Positions 63,342 to 64,000 of a stretch of 64,000 nucleotides of DNA are shown piece by piece. Numbering within the stretch: position 1 is the stretch's first letter; each line of letters starts with the position of its first letter. The stretch comes from Perkinsus chesapeaki ATCC PRA-425. Lineage: Eukaryota > Protista > Perkinsozoa. A model generated the notes under the pieces. It was not told where the DNA came from, did no database searches, and worked only from the letters and a program-made list of their open reading frames with translations. A program made the position numbers and the translations under genes. The stretch is from positions 62,001-126,000 of the forward strand of contig JAAPAO010000012.1 of assembly GCA_013115145.1 (NCBI GenBank), given 5' to 3'.

Positions 63342-64000
63342 CTAAACTCGGCCATAGCCGCCCCCGCCGGGTGTCATCAGTCTCAGTCTGTCGCCCCTAG
63401 CCATTTGCACCGTCCTCTTGCCGCCGATGTTAACCTCTTGAGCAGCTTCGCGCTTCAACCAAAGATTCAGTCCTTTCATACCGCACCCGCCGCCAGCCAT
63501 ACCATACGGCGATCTTGCCCTGCGTTCCGTTAGAACCGAAACATGAAGTGCGCGAACAAATTCTAGCTCTCTGAGCACGCCACAACCTCCAGAATGAGCG
63601 CCCTCTCCACCGCTGCCCTCGCGGAGGCCGAAGCGACGAACGATGCAGGGATAGCGGCGCTCCATGATCTCGACGTCGGTGATCCTGGTATTGGTCATAT
63701 GCGTGTGGACTCCGCTGACCCCGTTCCAGGTCGGGCCGGCTCCGGAGCCGCCTGCCACGGTCTCGTAGTAGCCGAAGGTTTCATCACCGAAGGTGACGTT
63801 GTTCATGCAGCCACAGCTGGCCGCGCAAAACTCGAATGCTCGGAAGATCACGTCGACCACTCTTTGACTGGTCACGACATTGCCGCCGACAACGGCAGCG
63901 GTGGGGGACGGGTTCAGCATGCACTGCCCTCGCTCTGGCAGGACCACCTGGACAGCTTCGAGGCACCCCTGATTGAGCGGGATGTCCGAGTCTACCATGC
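63342..64000 (-). CDS. OPLAH: 5-oxoprolinase (hydantoinase B domain), C-terminal part
   Basis: [86 protein letters not shown]. Confidence 0.95.
   Translation of the reverse strand, partial: MVDSDIPLNQGCLEAVQVVLPERGQCMLNPSPTAAVVGGNVVTSQRVVDVIFRAFEFCAASCGCMNNVTFGDETFGYYETVAGGSGAGPTWNGVSGVHTHMTNTRITDVEIMERRYPCIVRRFGLREGSGGEGAHSGGCGVLRELEFVRALHVSVLTERRARSPYGMAGGGCGMKGLNLWLKREAAQEVNIGGKRTVQMARGDRLRLMTPGGGGYGRV

Overview
Eukaryotic, intron-rich protist DNA. The short ~40-60 nt introns, ~50% GC and gene content suggest a Perkinsus-like alveolate; this is inference, not a database result. From 1 to ~24.7 kb the confidently identified genes are on the + strand: CNOT1 (5'-partial), a CFAP52-like WD40 protein, a RING+PHD protein and POLD1, followed by a lineage-specific hypothetical gene. 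From ~26.2 kb to the end every gene I can call is on the - strand: a papain-family protease, two tandem S10 carboxypeptidases, a small Cys-rich ORF, Sec23, an EF-hand protein, an SLC35B4-like transporter, a DUF3431-like protein, DMAP1/Swc4, an SLC12 cotransporter, an EML-like WD40 protein, a TLDc protein, hypotheticals and 5-oxoprolinase (partial). The most striking unexplained signal is a pervasive class of perfect palindromes with a single-base centre (arms up to 16 and 19 bp). They are often chained as A-x-A'-y-A and occur in enlarged introns, intergenic DNA, the convergent strand-switch region and the junction of a captured 136-bp POLD1 fragment. Gene boundaries were inferred by hand from translation and splice sites and are approximate where stated.
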